A stretch of 61,556 nucleotides of DNA, the filler included, from Hausera hauseri (Eukaryota): NCBI GenBank assembly GCA_046269625.1. It is 10 parts of 10 records of this genome, joined end to end, with 100 filler letters (N's around TTAATTAATTAA, not from the genome) between each part and the next. Parts side by side here need not be neighbours in the genome. Positions count along the whole stretch, not along the records: positions 1 to 4,575 come from JBJURY010522237.1; positions 4,676 to 8,617 come from JBJURY010870515.1; positions 8,718 to 13,032 come from JBJURY010639886.1; 7 more parts are not named here. One strand, 5' to 3'. The notes below the pieces were generated by a model. It did not search any database. It saw only the letters and a program-made list of their open reading frames with translations, and was not told the DNA's origin. The position numbers and the translations under genes are program-made. How positions within the stretch are numbered: position 1 is the first letter of the stretch; each line of letters begins with the position of its first letter. Shown here one piece after another: positions 1-11,383 of this stretch.

Positions 1-575
1 GGATCGATAGTGTTCCGGGTGCTCTATCGATCGGCACATGTGCAAATCGATTTATCGATCCAACCCCCCCCCCCGGGAGGTTGAGCCAGAAGCGGTATTT
101 TCCCCCTACTAAGATACCATCCTTATTTCAACAACAAATATTGGTATCGAAATCAAAAATCTTTTAGCAGGACAAAATCACCTGCAACTGTCTCATTAAT
201 TTTAGAATTTTTATATTAACACCTTATTTACGGATGACACCATTTGTCGTCAAATTAAAAATTTTTATTCCTTGTGTTATATGGTGAAATATATGTATGT
301 TTTATTTTTATAAGGTTTTTTTAATTTACTAAAAGTGAATTTCTTAAAATTACAATTTTTTGGCCCCCATAACTTTCAGGGAAAAACTGGCTCCTGAGCA
401 AATATAAGTTGGACAGTGCTGGTCTAAATGATATACTTTTCACAAAGGAAAATTCATTATTGTTACACAGATTTTTATAACAGCTGGTCATAGAAACATA
501 GAAAATATAATGATGATTAATAATATCAAAAACCTTTTGCCAATAAATCCAAAACAACAATTTTGGATCTTTTAA

Positions 576-965
576 ATGTTCCAGCTTCTCGTACTTGTTC
601 AAGTATCCCCCACTACGTTTAAATGTTTTGAAATTTCACAAAACTTTCGTTACTTTTCTCGAGATTACATTAATTTATTATTCGATTTATAATTCTTTTT
701 GATGTTCTACCGAAATAAAAAATATCCATCCATTATTCTGTCCAAAGTCTGTTGTCACCCATATGTATAAGAAAATTTATATATGAAAGATTATTTAATT
801 GTTAGTTTGACGAATAAATTTCGGCGTGACAGAATTTACAGAAAACATTATAAATCGAATATTAAAACAACATTGACAATATTTTCATTTCTTTACTCGA
901 GACAAAGTTAAAAATTGCTAAATGTAGAAGGGAAGATTTAAACAAGTACGAAAAGCTGTCACATT
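576..965. repeat. Degenerate inverted repeat (MITE-like), arms about 576-715 and 820-965
   Basis: aatgttccagcttctcgtacttgttcaagt (576-) is the near reverse complement of the 921-965 segment; ttcgatttataat pairs with attataaatcgaa. Confidence 0.55.
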
Positions 966-1123
966 CATAATCTCCCGTCGCGTAATTTTGACTTCGTTAG
1001 TAAAACGTTTTTTCATATTTTTAATATTTTGCACGTTTCTGACTATTCTTTGTAAAAAAATCTATGGGACAGTAAGACCGATATACTCTCTTGTATTCGT
1101 TAGTAATTGGTTAGAATAACTTA

Positions 1124-2049
1124 CAAAGGAACCTCTTTATGCGTCCGGAGGCGGTCGAAGTGAAAATTTCATACAATGTACAGACATAGGTGTGATTTGC
1201 AAATAGTATGCAAATAGTTGCGGAATGTTTCAATTGCCAAGGTGGTGGCCATTGAGAAAACGGTGTTTGAGTAGAAAAATGTGAATAAAAATTCACTGCA
1301 AAATCAAACAATTACATTGTTGTATCATGAAACATGAAAATGATTATATACATAAGTAAAAAATGTAGAAGTAGCATAAATTGTCATTAAGCGTTGACCC
1401 ATTCAAGGTCAGAGTAAAATTTATTACAAGCCCGGATTTGTTCTTCCAATGAAGGATTAGCAAGGGATTCTTCAACATGTAAATGAACTTAGGAAGCATC
1501 AGGCGAAAGCTATGGCGTATTGACAGGCAAAGAAGCTTCGTTTAGTTGGTGACAGGAATGATGTGAATTGAAAATATGGAGAAAACATAAGTGCATGGAA
1601 CACCAACTGCACTGAATGAAAACACTTTCCTGACAATGATCGTTGGGATGTTGATATGAATGAATGTCAAAAAAGAAGCAGACTTGATTAACATTTTAGA
1701 AATCTGGGGGCCTTTCACCGAGAATTGTCAAACCGGTCTCTTCACAAACCATACGGCCCTTGTGATAAACGTAGTAAGTAATAAATTATAACGATTGTCT
1801 TGATTGGATAGAAAATATCCAGGACAGTGTATAAATGTGTGCTAGGTATTTAATGCTGAAGGGACGTAATTTTGCAGTGAATTTTTATTCATATTTTTCT
1901 ACTCACATACCGTTTTTTCAATGGTCACCACCTTGCCAACTGACACATTTCGCAACTATTTACATACTATTTGCACATCACACCTATGTCTGCACATTGT
2001 CTGATACTTTCACCTCAATCGCCTTCTGACACCTATCGAGGTTCCCTTG
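1124..2049 (-). mobile_element. Internally deleted Tc5/Tc4-like (pogo-related) DNA transposon with ~181-bp TIRs
   Basis: TIRs 1124-1304 and 1869-2049 begin CAA(A/G)GGAACCTC and are flanked by C-TTA and TAA-G (CTNAG-type target). Minus-strand remnant GERPPDF*NVNQVCF...HCQESVFIQCSWCSMHLCFLHIFNSHHSC (~1510-1750) fits the Tc5 transposase C-terminal Cys/His domain. Confidence 0.8.
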
Positions 2050-3919
2050 TAAGCTAATTGTGTGAGTCATACCTTAGCAGCGCGGATTGTTTTCTTCAAT
2101 ATAATTCTATTTAAGTGTAAATTGACCCAAAGCAGTTTAAAAACAATTATCCTGAGATCAAAACATCAATAACACAGAAGGTTTATTAGAGACAATTTCG
2201 GTTCACTAAAAATGAAAATTTATGAAAAATCTATGACCAACATAAAGAGCTACGATAGAATAAAATAGTAAACTCATTAATACTGCACATATGACCTTTC
2301 AATACATTTTTTTCGTTGTTTGTCTTTCTCAATTTAATTTTTCCCATCACCGCTTCTATACATGTGGCGTGGTCTCAGCGCACAATTCATTAATAATAAT
2401 GCATACACACCACATGCGACGCCAATAAAATGACATGGATGGCTGCCTACCGCAAGATCTTTCCTTTCCATTAAAATTTCACAGAATTATTTATATTGCA
2501 CAATCAAATCTAGTTATAAAACTGTCACAAGATGCATGATATTTCACCAAGTCATCTGTCTTCAATTATGTATCATTCGTTGCGTGACAAATGTCAATAT
2601 ACACCGTTACATACGTGTCTATGATAGTTGAATTGTAAATTTCCTGGAAATTAGGCGAGAGGAAATATTACAAAGGATAGCTAGATTTTCGAGAAAATAA
2701 TTGGATTTCTGTAGGAAAGCACCAAAATTTAAATGGATAAGTAAAGTTAACTTGTATACCAATTCCTTTATACGCTTCAGAATATAACATATCTCAGTCG
2801 AAATTAGCAAACACTGAAAAATCAAACTATCTCATTTGATTACTTTTCAGTGTCTGATTTACCACGAGGCAATCATTTGCTGGTATTACTTTTATCAGAT
2901 ATTTGAAACAGTTTATTTTAGATATCAAAAAATTATTATTTACTTTGAAGGGAGTAAAGACTTTAAACAACAAATTACCAATTATTAGGTCGATCAATAA
3001 ATTGTAAAATACTTTCAGTATGCATTGAATAAAATAAACACTCAGTTTTCTAGTCGCTTGAATTGAACCCGCTTAACGCTCTGTGTTGCTTGGCAAAGAA
3101 GCCACACATTGATTCATTCAGACCGCTGCGTGGGACAGAAAATAAAATTGCCCAGCAAAATAACTCAGCAAAATCACATCTTTCAATCCAAGATGGAGTC
3201 CGAAAGCAAAACGTACCAATTCTCCTGGGGAAAACACAGTGGTTTTCTTTCCCTTTTGCTTAAGCTAGACTTGAAATCTCTTTTACATGGCAGAGTAAGA
3301 CAGCTACATAATACAAATAAATATTCACATGGGTTTTTGCTGAAATTATAACAAGCGGGAATATGTTCAGACTATTTTTATTTGTCAAAAATAAATCTTG
3401 ATGCCTATTTTAGGACATAGACAGTTGTGTAATGAAATATACATGGTGATAGAAGAAACCAAACCGACACATTAAATTTCGAAAAGTCTGCATGAAAATT
3501 CAATGTGTGGGATTGTAAAATGCTTTTCATATAATACTTCAAAAACCAATGATTCCGTCGATATTTTCACTTCGTCTATCACTTCATTTAGACTGGCAAC
3601 CTTTTCTGAAAGTGAATTCAGCATGCCAGTTGCATTGTCTACATACCTGAATATTTTCACAAAAACCCATTGGCCACTATTGGAATACTTCCCTATTTAG
3701 TTTCAATAAAATTTAAAAACATTTTATAAAATCTGATATAAACCTACGGACTATATAGTCGCGAAAATACAGTACAGTTTAACTGTTGAACACCTTTACT
3801 CATTCCTTATTATCAAGACAATTTACGCATTCGTTATTCATAATAATTTCTTGATGCGTATCTAAAATTACTGAACATATTCATAGTTAAGATTACCTAT
3901 TATTCTAATTCCTTTTTAG

Positions 3920-4065
3920 ACTTTTTTACTCAAATGATTTGGAAAAGCTCAACGGAAGTTGGATTTGGTAGAGCCACATGTGATGGTCACCATTATTTAG
4001 TAGTTCATTATCGTCCTCCTGGTAATACTTCTTCGTTTAAGGAGAATGTACAAAGAATTTCGTGA
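3920..4065 (+). CDS. Terminal exon of a CAP/SCP-superfamily protein (GAPR-1/GLIPR2-like)
   Basis: After a tttttag acceptor (ends 3919) it reads FFTQMIWKSSTEVGFGRATCDGHHYLVVHYRPPGNTSSFKENVQRIS*, containing the CAP motifs FTQMVW and V..Y.P.GN. Not in the ORF track; upstream exons not identified. Confidence 0.8.
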
Positions 4066-4575
4066 GTTATTAAACTCGTAAATCATTTCTCTTTTTACTC
4101 ATTCCAGGAAGGACTATTATTCTATGTATTCTGCGCAGATGTTTTAGGTATTTTTTGCAGAATAAATTATTTCACAATTCTTTAATTACTCTCTAACAGA
4201 CAGAAATTTAAAAAAATTTTTTCAACCAATATTTTACTAAGGTCGTTTATGATTTGTCAAAGTACAATGTATTCATCTAATTATTAGTTACATCACTAAT
4301 ATTTCTTCATTCTATATAAATATTAACTTTACACATGAACAATAGTAGATTGATGTGAGCGCAGCAGGCCAGACCCCTCCTAAGGGAAATAGAAAAGAAG
4401 TGGTTCGGTGGAGTCATGGGGTAAGAAAAATGATACACACGTACACGGTTAATAGGGTATAGATAGGAGACAGTCATGAAATTGATACACACAAGCATGC
4501 GTACTGTATGGATTCGGAGTAGTTTAAAAAAATAGAACTTTGCGCAAAAAAATTTTGTTTTAAATTTGGTTTTGG

Positions 4576-4675
4576 NNNNNNNNNNNNNNNNNNNNNNNNN
4601 NNNNNNNNNNNNNNNNNNNTTAATTAATTAANNNNNNNNNNNNNNNNNNNNNNNNNNNNNNNNNNNNNNNNNNNN
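4576..4675. other. Artificial contig linker. Identical linkers at 8618-8717, 13033-13132, 22075-22174, 27584-27683, 31735-31834, 37377-37476, 42885-42984 and 55814-55913
   Basis: 44 N + TTAATTAATTAA (stops in all six frames) + 44 N, repeated nine times; content changes abruptly at each. Confidence 0.98.
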
Positions 4676-5676
4676 TTTCTAAAAATTACTAACGAAACTA
4701 ACCTACTTATTAACTTCAACACCGAGTTTGCCTTTCCTTCTCACACAGCCAAATTCTCTTTCTTTGTCACTCTTGTCAAGGACAAATGCTTTCAAAAAAC
4801 GTTTGATAGAATAACATATGCTTTTTAATTATAGCCATTGGACTATCAATGTGAGGTAATGCTTCGCTGAAGTGAGCTCGGCAGCGATGTAAATTGCACG
4901 TATGAGAAACAGTTGATAGGTTGAGTGTACGAAATGCACTGTTGATAGTAGAGGCATAGTTAGTCCACTTCTACTCAAGTTACTAAGAAACTCTATATTT
5001 AATCATATAGTCATCGTCCAATTCGGTTTCAAAAATTGAAATAATAGGCCGAAAATTGTGTTCAAAATATCCAGTTTGAAACATTACCTTGTGTTTTATG
5101 CTGTCAGTAGATTGAACTAAATCTTCAGTGGCAATAAAAGTGAAGTCAAATTGAAGTCAAATTGTGCTGAGCCAGTAACAACTCAACGGCTTCAACGTTG
5201 GCTGTTGTAGACTGCACAAATGCCTCTGAAGTTTGCTTGCTGAGATTCCGCATCCGACCTCTAGCACGTGACTATGCACAAAAGGATGTAACATCGCATA
5301 TTTCATTCAATTTCTTGAAACTACTGCAATTCTGGGTCCACGGTTGGCGACATTCGTCACGCATATTAACACCGGAAAACCGATCTTTCACATTCATCAT
5401 GTGAAACTAGTCAGTGACGAGTTTAACAAAAATGATGAAGCCCTCGTATTACTCGTTTGCTAAAAGATTAAAGGAAGTTGTTAAGGAAAAAGATGAACGA
5501 TTCGAACTGAACTAATTATTTTTTCATTAGTAGTGTTTGAGGATCGCGTATGTAAAATTTTATTAATAAATTTCAATTATTGTGGATTTCATGAGTGTTT
5601 TTTGAACCGACACTACCCTGTATATATGCCTTTTTGAGGACAATAATGTTGCAGAATTTGTACAACGTCCTTTATT

Positions 5677-5725
5677 CAACGTTCTAATATTTCGATCTTA
5701 TTAAGACCTTCGTCAGAGAACATCG
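5677..5725 (-). ncRNA. Minimal type I hammerhead ribozyme motif
   Basis: Minus strand CGATGTTCT-CTGACGA-A-GGTCTT-AAT-AAGATC-GAAA-TAT-T-AGAACGTTG: 9-bp stem I, CUGANGA core, 6-bp stem II, GAAA, palindromic ATAT stem III. Confidence 0.65.
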
Positions 5726-6170
5726 GTCGGGCAGATATTTCGACACAAACTAAGCAGTGTCGTCTACTCATCTTTTTGAATCTCGCGCACACAATTTATT
5801 GTACTATAAGTATATGTAGATACCCAATTATCAATAGACAGGTAATCTCACAAATGAAAACTTTTGACAAAACCATTTGTCCCCAAAAGACATTTATATA
5901 TAGTTTATAACGTAATATGTTGCTCCAAAAGAATCCTATTGCTATTTTATATTGACTATAAAGTCATCACCTTGGACACAGCTTTACCAAATAACAACAA
6001 CCAATAGAAATTGATTAAACAAATGATTTTGTCAACAACGTTTTCATTTGTGAGATTACTTTTCTGTTGATAGTTGGGTATCTACATATAATTATAGTAC
6101 AACAAATTGTGTGTGTGCGAGATTCAGAAAGATGAGTAGATACTGCTTAGTTCGTGTCGAAACATCTGCC

Positions 6171-6219
6171 CGATGTTCTCTGACGAATATCTTAATTAGA
6201 TCGAAATATTAGAACGTTG
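6171..6219 (+). ncRNA. Minimal type I hammerhead ribozyme motif (second copy, weaker stem II)
   Basis: CGATGTTCT-CTGACGA-A-TATCTTAATTAGATC-GAAA-TAT-T-AGAACGTTG. Confidence 0.55.
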
Positions 6220-6859
6220 AACAAATTCTGCAACATTTTATAGATAGTTTATAACAAAAAGTAAGTTCCACCAACAATTTTCATACCATCAACTGTTTGT
6301 GTTCAGACTCCTCAATTGTCCACTCTTTGTAACTCTCTGTAATTAATTTTAATTTGGAGGTCATTTCAATTTTGTCAGACTCCTAAAACTGCAACAGTTG
6401 GCTTATCAACATTTCATATCCCACCTGTTCTTTCAGTAGATCAGTCTTCATATTTCCGAATTCTGTTTCTTTCTGATTCACTAACCACTACAGTGCATTG
6501 ATTTGAACTAGGATTTCTGACTAAACTCAAATAGTAATCCATAAAAACGACTAACAATTAACCTGTTTCGTCTCATTTTCATCCAGTGGTAGCTGAAGAT
6601 TTGCAGCGCTCTCCTATTTCGAATTACACGAATATATGTTAACAGAAAATCATACCCGGATTTTCTTGAGATCTTCCGATTTTTCCTCTTTCTTCGGGAT
6701 TTTCTAAAACAAGCAATGATTCATAAAATTCTTGTTTATTTTTTCAACTAGTATTTAAATGAGGTTTCTGCTATTTTTGTTGCTTAAAAACTCGTTTATT
6801 TAAATAAGAAAGTGAATAGTTATATCAATGAAAATATTTTCCTTCGTTCTCTACTTTTT

Positions 6860-7826
6860 CCATCTGTCTAGTAACAAGTGGATTCCCCGATGAAAGAATG
6901 AACTCTTTTTGGCAGCAATCCATGAATTGACCCATTTTTTCACTTGTTCATAAGTAGAAAGTAGTAGTGCATCGATCGAAAAAGGTGGTTATCCGATGGA
7001 GCTAAGTCTGGAGAATACGCTGGGTGTGATAGAGTCTCCTCCTCAAGTTCTAACAACGTTTCTTTCACTATTTTCGCAATATATGGCCGAGCGTTATTAT
7101 GTAACAGAATAACTTTGCGTCGATTACTAGCTATTTCTGACCGTTTTTTGATCAATTCGTCCATCGATCTGTTCAATTGTTGCCGATAGCGATCATCAGT
7201 AACAGTTTAATTTGGTTTTAACAAGTCGTAATACACCACACCCTCTTCATCCCATCAAATGCGAGGCATTGCCTTTTTGCCATGGATATTCCATTTTGCT
7301 GTCGATGTTGATGGTTGACCAGGGTTTAACCATGATTTTTGGTGCTTAGGATTGTCGAAATAGATCCACTTTTCCTCTCCAGTCACAATTCTCTACAAAA
7401 AGCTCTTTATTTTGCTTAGCAAGCAATGAAATTGCAATATTCAAACGGTTCGCAATGGCATTTTCAGTCCGTTCATGTAGCAACCATTTTCCTTTTTTGT
7501 GTACCTTTCACATGACGTTTAGACGTTTGGAAACATCCACAGGAGTCACATCTAATGTTGAAGCTAATTCTATGAGAGTTTGAGCTGGATTTCAGTTCAA
7601 TAAATCTTGCAATTTATTGTCTTCGAACTTTTTTGGCTGTCCTGAACGTTCCTTGTCTTTCACATCACAATTTGCACTTTTCAATCATTGAAACCATTTT
7701 CTACATATTGTTTTTGATGGAGCAGATTTACCAAAAGATTCTTCGAGCAACTGATGAGTTTCAGCCGCAGTTTCTTTTTCAAATCAAAGTTATTAAAAAG
7801 TACGTTGTTCGGAAAGTAATTTCATT
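6860..7826 (-). mobile_element. Decayed mariner (DD34D, Mos1-like) transposase
   Basis: Fragments KKETAAETHQLL...CRKWFQ, RSGQPKKFED, GKWLLHE, IVTGEEKWIYFDNPK, LLHNNARPY and HPAYSPDLAPSDNHLF, with stops and frameshifts. Confidence 0.92.
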
Positions 7827-7983
7827 TTATCCCGACAGAGGACTTAAATGTATTTTTTCACAGCCAACTTCACACTTACGCCCTATAATCATTATATATT
7901 TTGACAACTTATATAGCAAGGCTTGTTTGTGAAAAAGTTTGATTGAATCAACGCAGTAATTTTTAGTTGGTACCCTTTCAAAT

Positions 7984-8617
7984 GTGGGAAGTGAAAAGCA
8001 GCATTTTCGGCATTTTTTACTTTTTTACTATCGAAAAGGTAAAAATGCTGTTCAAGCAACAGAAAAATTATCTGATGTGTATGGAGAAGATGTATTGACA
8101 GAACGCAAGTGCCAAAACTGGTTTGCAAAATTTCAATCCGGCAATTTTGATGTTGAAGATGCACCACGTTCTGGAAGGCCAGTTGAAGCTGATGAAGACA
8201 CAATAAAGACATTGATTGATGCAAACCGGCGAATAACAACTCGTGAGATTGCTGAGAGATTAAATTTATCGATTTCGACCGTTCATGATCATTTAAAATG
8301 CTTAGGTTTAATTTCAAAGCTCGATATATAGGTTCCTTATGTACTCATGGAAAGACATTTGTCCTCTTGCGGTGGCGTCCGTAGCGTCTGAAGTGCATCA
8401 TCACTGGGGATAAATAATGGATTGTCTACAACAGTGTTGAACGCAAGAGATCATGGAGTAAAAAAGATGAAACGGCTCAAAGCACTTCAAAAGCCGATTT
8501 TCATCAATAAAGGTGATGCTATCTGTTTGGTGGGATTTCAAAAGAATTGTTTTTTTATCTTCTACCGGACAACACAACGATCAATTCTGAAGTGTGCAGT
8601 CATCAGTTGGGCAAACT
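7984..8617 (+). mobile_element. Decayed mariner transposase (mellifera-like), cut by the contig end, divergent from the first copy
   Basis: KQHFRHFLLFYYRKGKNAVQA...WFAKFQSGNFDVEDAPRSGRP...KLDI*VPYVL, then ITGDK*WIVYN and VMLSVWWD. Confidence 0.92.
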
Positions 8618-8717
8618 NNNNNNNNNNNNNNNNNNNNNNNNNNNNNNNNNNNNNNNNNNNNTTAATTAATTAANNNNNNNNNNNNNNNNNNNNNNNNNNN
8701 NNNNNNNNNNNNNNNNN

Positions 8718-8898
8718 TGCTGCATTGTTGGAAGGCTGACATGGTACCAAGCAAGTCTTTCGTAGCCAATTTTATTTGAGATTGTAATTCCCCTGGAATT
8801 CCGTGTTTTTCTATCAAAGCAACATTAGTTCTTGTATCAACCATAGCGTTCAGGTCAAAAGTATCAAAATGGAATGTTGTATGCGGTCGATAGTTCAA
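8718..8898 (-). pseudogene. Retropepsin-like aspartic protease, N-terminal half, cut by the contig end
   Basis: YRPHTTFHFDTFDLNAMVDTRTNVALIE fits the RP.....(10)..ALVDTGA.VSLI pattern; DTG appears as DTR (AGA, one change from GGA). Confidence 0.6.
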
Positions 8899-9584
8899 GG
8901 AACTTTAATACATCATTGTGATCGTATATATGGGGTTCCATCAAGGTGTAGCTGACAGAGCAATGTTAGGTCGTACCGTTAGCTAATATGACTGCTAAAC
9001 TTTCCAGTAATTGTGTATCATTTTCTGACCTTCTGGCTTTATCCTTAAGTTCGGTCAAATCGGGGTAGCAACTTACGTGTTTCAGAGTAGTTTGCTGTTT
9101 ATCATTGGGTTCAAAAGATGAAATATGTGATTTTCTATTCTGTTGTACCTCCATTAATCGGATTATTTGGTGATAAGATACTGGTGGAAGCGTAGCCAGT
9201 TTAGGTGAGACTGCTAATGTTAATCGATTATTTTCCATATTTCGTGTAATAATGGATTGACGTATCTATTCTTGAGAGTATTTTGTTAGGCTACGTAATT
9301 TTGTATAATCTTCTTTTTATGCGTAAGGATCCGTTAAGTCCGTTAGATTAGGTAATTTACAAATGGTCATTATTTTACTTTCATATGGTGCAGCAGGTAA
9401 TTTGTGTTTATCCTTTTTCTTTGATTTCATAAACTTGAATTTTCTCCTCTTATCCTTAGGAATTCATGCTGTGAGATAGCATCCACGGGCATTGTTTTCA
9501 TCAGAACTTGATGATGTATCTTTCGACCATTGCTTGTTTGATTTATAGTCAACATGTTTTTCTAATTTACCTCGCCACTATTTT

Positions 9585-11380
9585 TCATGGTAGGCTTTTG
9601 ATGAATTTATCAAGTGGGAAAAATAGAGCGCCTATTATGCTTAGAGATAATCCTGTTAAGTTGTAAATCTCATAGGCATTTAGTACAGAGTTGATACATA
9701 CTTTCAAAGTTTGTATAATGAAATATATAACCAGAAACCCCGAAGCCACTTGGCCGAATCTCAGGAATCCTCCCCACATTTTATACCATAAATTTGAGAC
9801 AATTTTGTTATAGGCATCAGATGTCCACAACCGATCCGATTTTCCTTCTACTGTATCGTCGATTACTCGGTGTATTCCACGATTTACTATTTGTTCTCTC
9901 TGTCTGGGATATGCTAAAAACTTCACAAAAGAATCAATTTCCTTTTTGCTATATAATGCGGATTTGGATACATCGGTAAACATGTGGGTTTCAATCGCAT
10001 GTTTTAAATTCGTCATGGTTAATTTCTTTGGTTTTTCTTTAACTCTCACGGTCCGGCAATCTAACCCAAAGGTCTCCATTATCATACTTGATAAACGGCT
10101 TATTCAGTGCATAGCAATTCTGAATCTCCGTAGGTATTGTATGGGGTGCCAGGAGCACTCTAGTAATAGGCTGAACGTATCGGGTTTCCTCGTTGTATTT
10201 GACGGGTATTTCAGAGTAACATGGAGTGCCCGTAATTAATGGTAATTCTAGTCGTTTACATTTGTATGTATATAATACTTCTAGGACTCTGCCCTGGATT
10301 CTTTCGCCAAATGGGAGTGTTATTGTGATCATCTCTGGGTTAGATGCATAAATGGCCAAACGATTTCTTAGTTTCGACATTCACTTTGCAAAAATTTTGA
10401 TTTGTCTCAGAGCATATTTCTTCGATTGCTTTATGAGTTAGAATAAAAAGTCATCTCGGTTTGCGATATAATCGGAAATATTCACTAACTGAGCTCTATT
10501 GGTGGGAAAGTTATCTGCGTCTTTAATTTCTTTTTCTGATATAAGATAGTTATTGTAGTTCGTACTGAATACTTGTTGTCCACATTTTATAATCGCATTT
10601 TGTATAAATTTGACTCCTCCTTTGATATCCTTGGATATTACAATCTTAGGAGTTTTTTCTTCCGGAATATCTTGGATATTGGTATGCTCGAAATTAGTCT
10701 CATAGTGGTGGGCATAACGTTTCTCTGTAATTACATTAAATTCTCCTTTTCTTATTTGTACTAAAGTACAATCGTAGCTCGTTCGTGATGTCATAACTAT
10801 CGTAGATGTTATTGTACGGCAGTGTCATGTAACTTACAAAAAGATGCGTCTACCATTGTATTTGTACTAGTCTCGAAGATAGGTATTATCATTAATTTCA
10901 ACCTCGTACTGGTCATGTACTACGATGCCTGCTTCGATACCTTTTCCGGTGTCAAAATTTCCTTCTGTACAGTTTCCTTTTTCATCTTTGTAACCGGAGA
11001 TCCATTTCTCTTGTTGGGTTAATTGTTCTTTTATAGCGGTCAATAAGATGTCTCCCCATTTCAACTGTTGGGTTTCTCCCGCATCTTTACAATATGTAGG
11101 ATTTACTGACATATTTGGGTATGGTAGTTGGCTTAATGTAAGAGTCATGATGCAGATGACCACAGTGAGAAATAGTGCGGGATACGCGTAAGGAACGCTC
11201 CAATCCCCTTATGTGTAACAGTTTTATCATCGAAAATATATAAATTGTGTTTGAGTCTCTAATTTCCTCGGAAGGGCATCCGGGCATGATTGTAGATCCG
11301 TCAATGAGTAGTAGCTAATCAAAGGCTAATATTGTTCCAATCTTCTTAAAATTCGAAAATAACACCAATAGGAGTAACAA
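9585..11380 (-). pseudogene. Chuvirus-like (class III-type) fusion glycoprotein, frameshifted
   Basis: Hydrophobic leader ILLLLLVLFS..ILAFD, then YSLTDLQSCP, PCYSEIPVKYNEETRYVQPITRVL, LYSKKEIDSFVKFLAYPRQRE, WGGFLRFGQVASGFLVIYFIIQTLK..INSVLNAYEIY..GLSLSIIGALF. These match Chuviridae glycoprotein/EVE signatures in order. Confidence 0.82.
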
Positions 11381-11383
11381 AAT

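Larger units (their letters stand above)
5645..6237. mobile_element. Inverted pair of ~220-235-bp repeats resembling Penelope-like element pseudo-LTRs
   Basis: Arm 5645-5880 is the near reverse complement of arm 6019-6237. Each arm carries a minimal hammerhead motif; AATAAA follows the minus-strand copy. Confidence 0.65.

Noticed and set aside
1111-2029. Paired similar ORFs 1111..1311 and 1835..2029
   Set aside because: They are translations of the two TIRs, not genes.
2600-3700. Short ORFs such as 3109..3351 and 3472..3660
   Set aside because: No recognisable motif; they may be host exons but cannot be supported from sequence alone.
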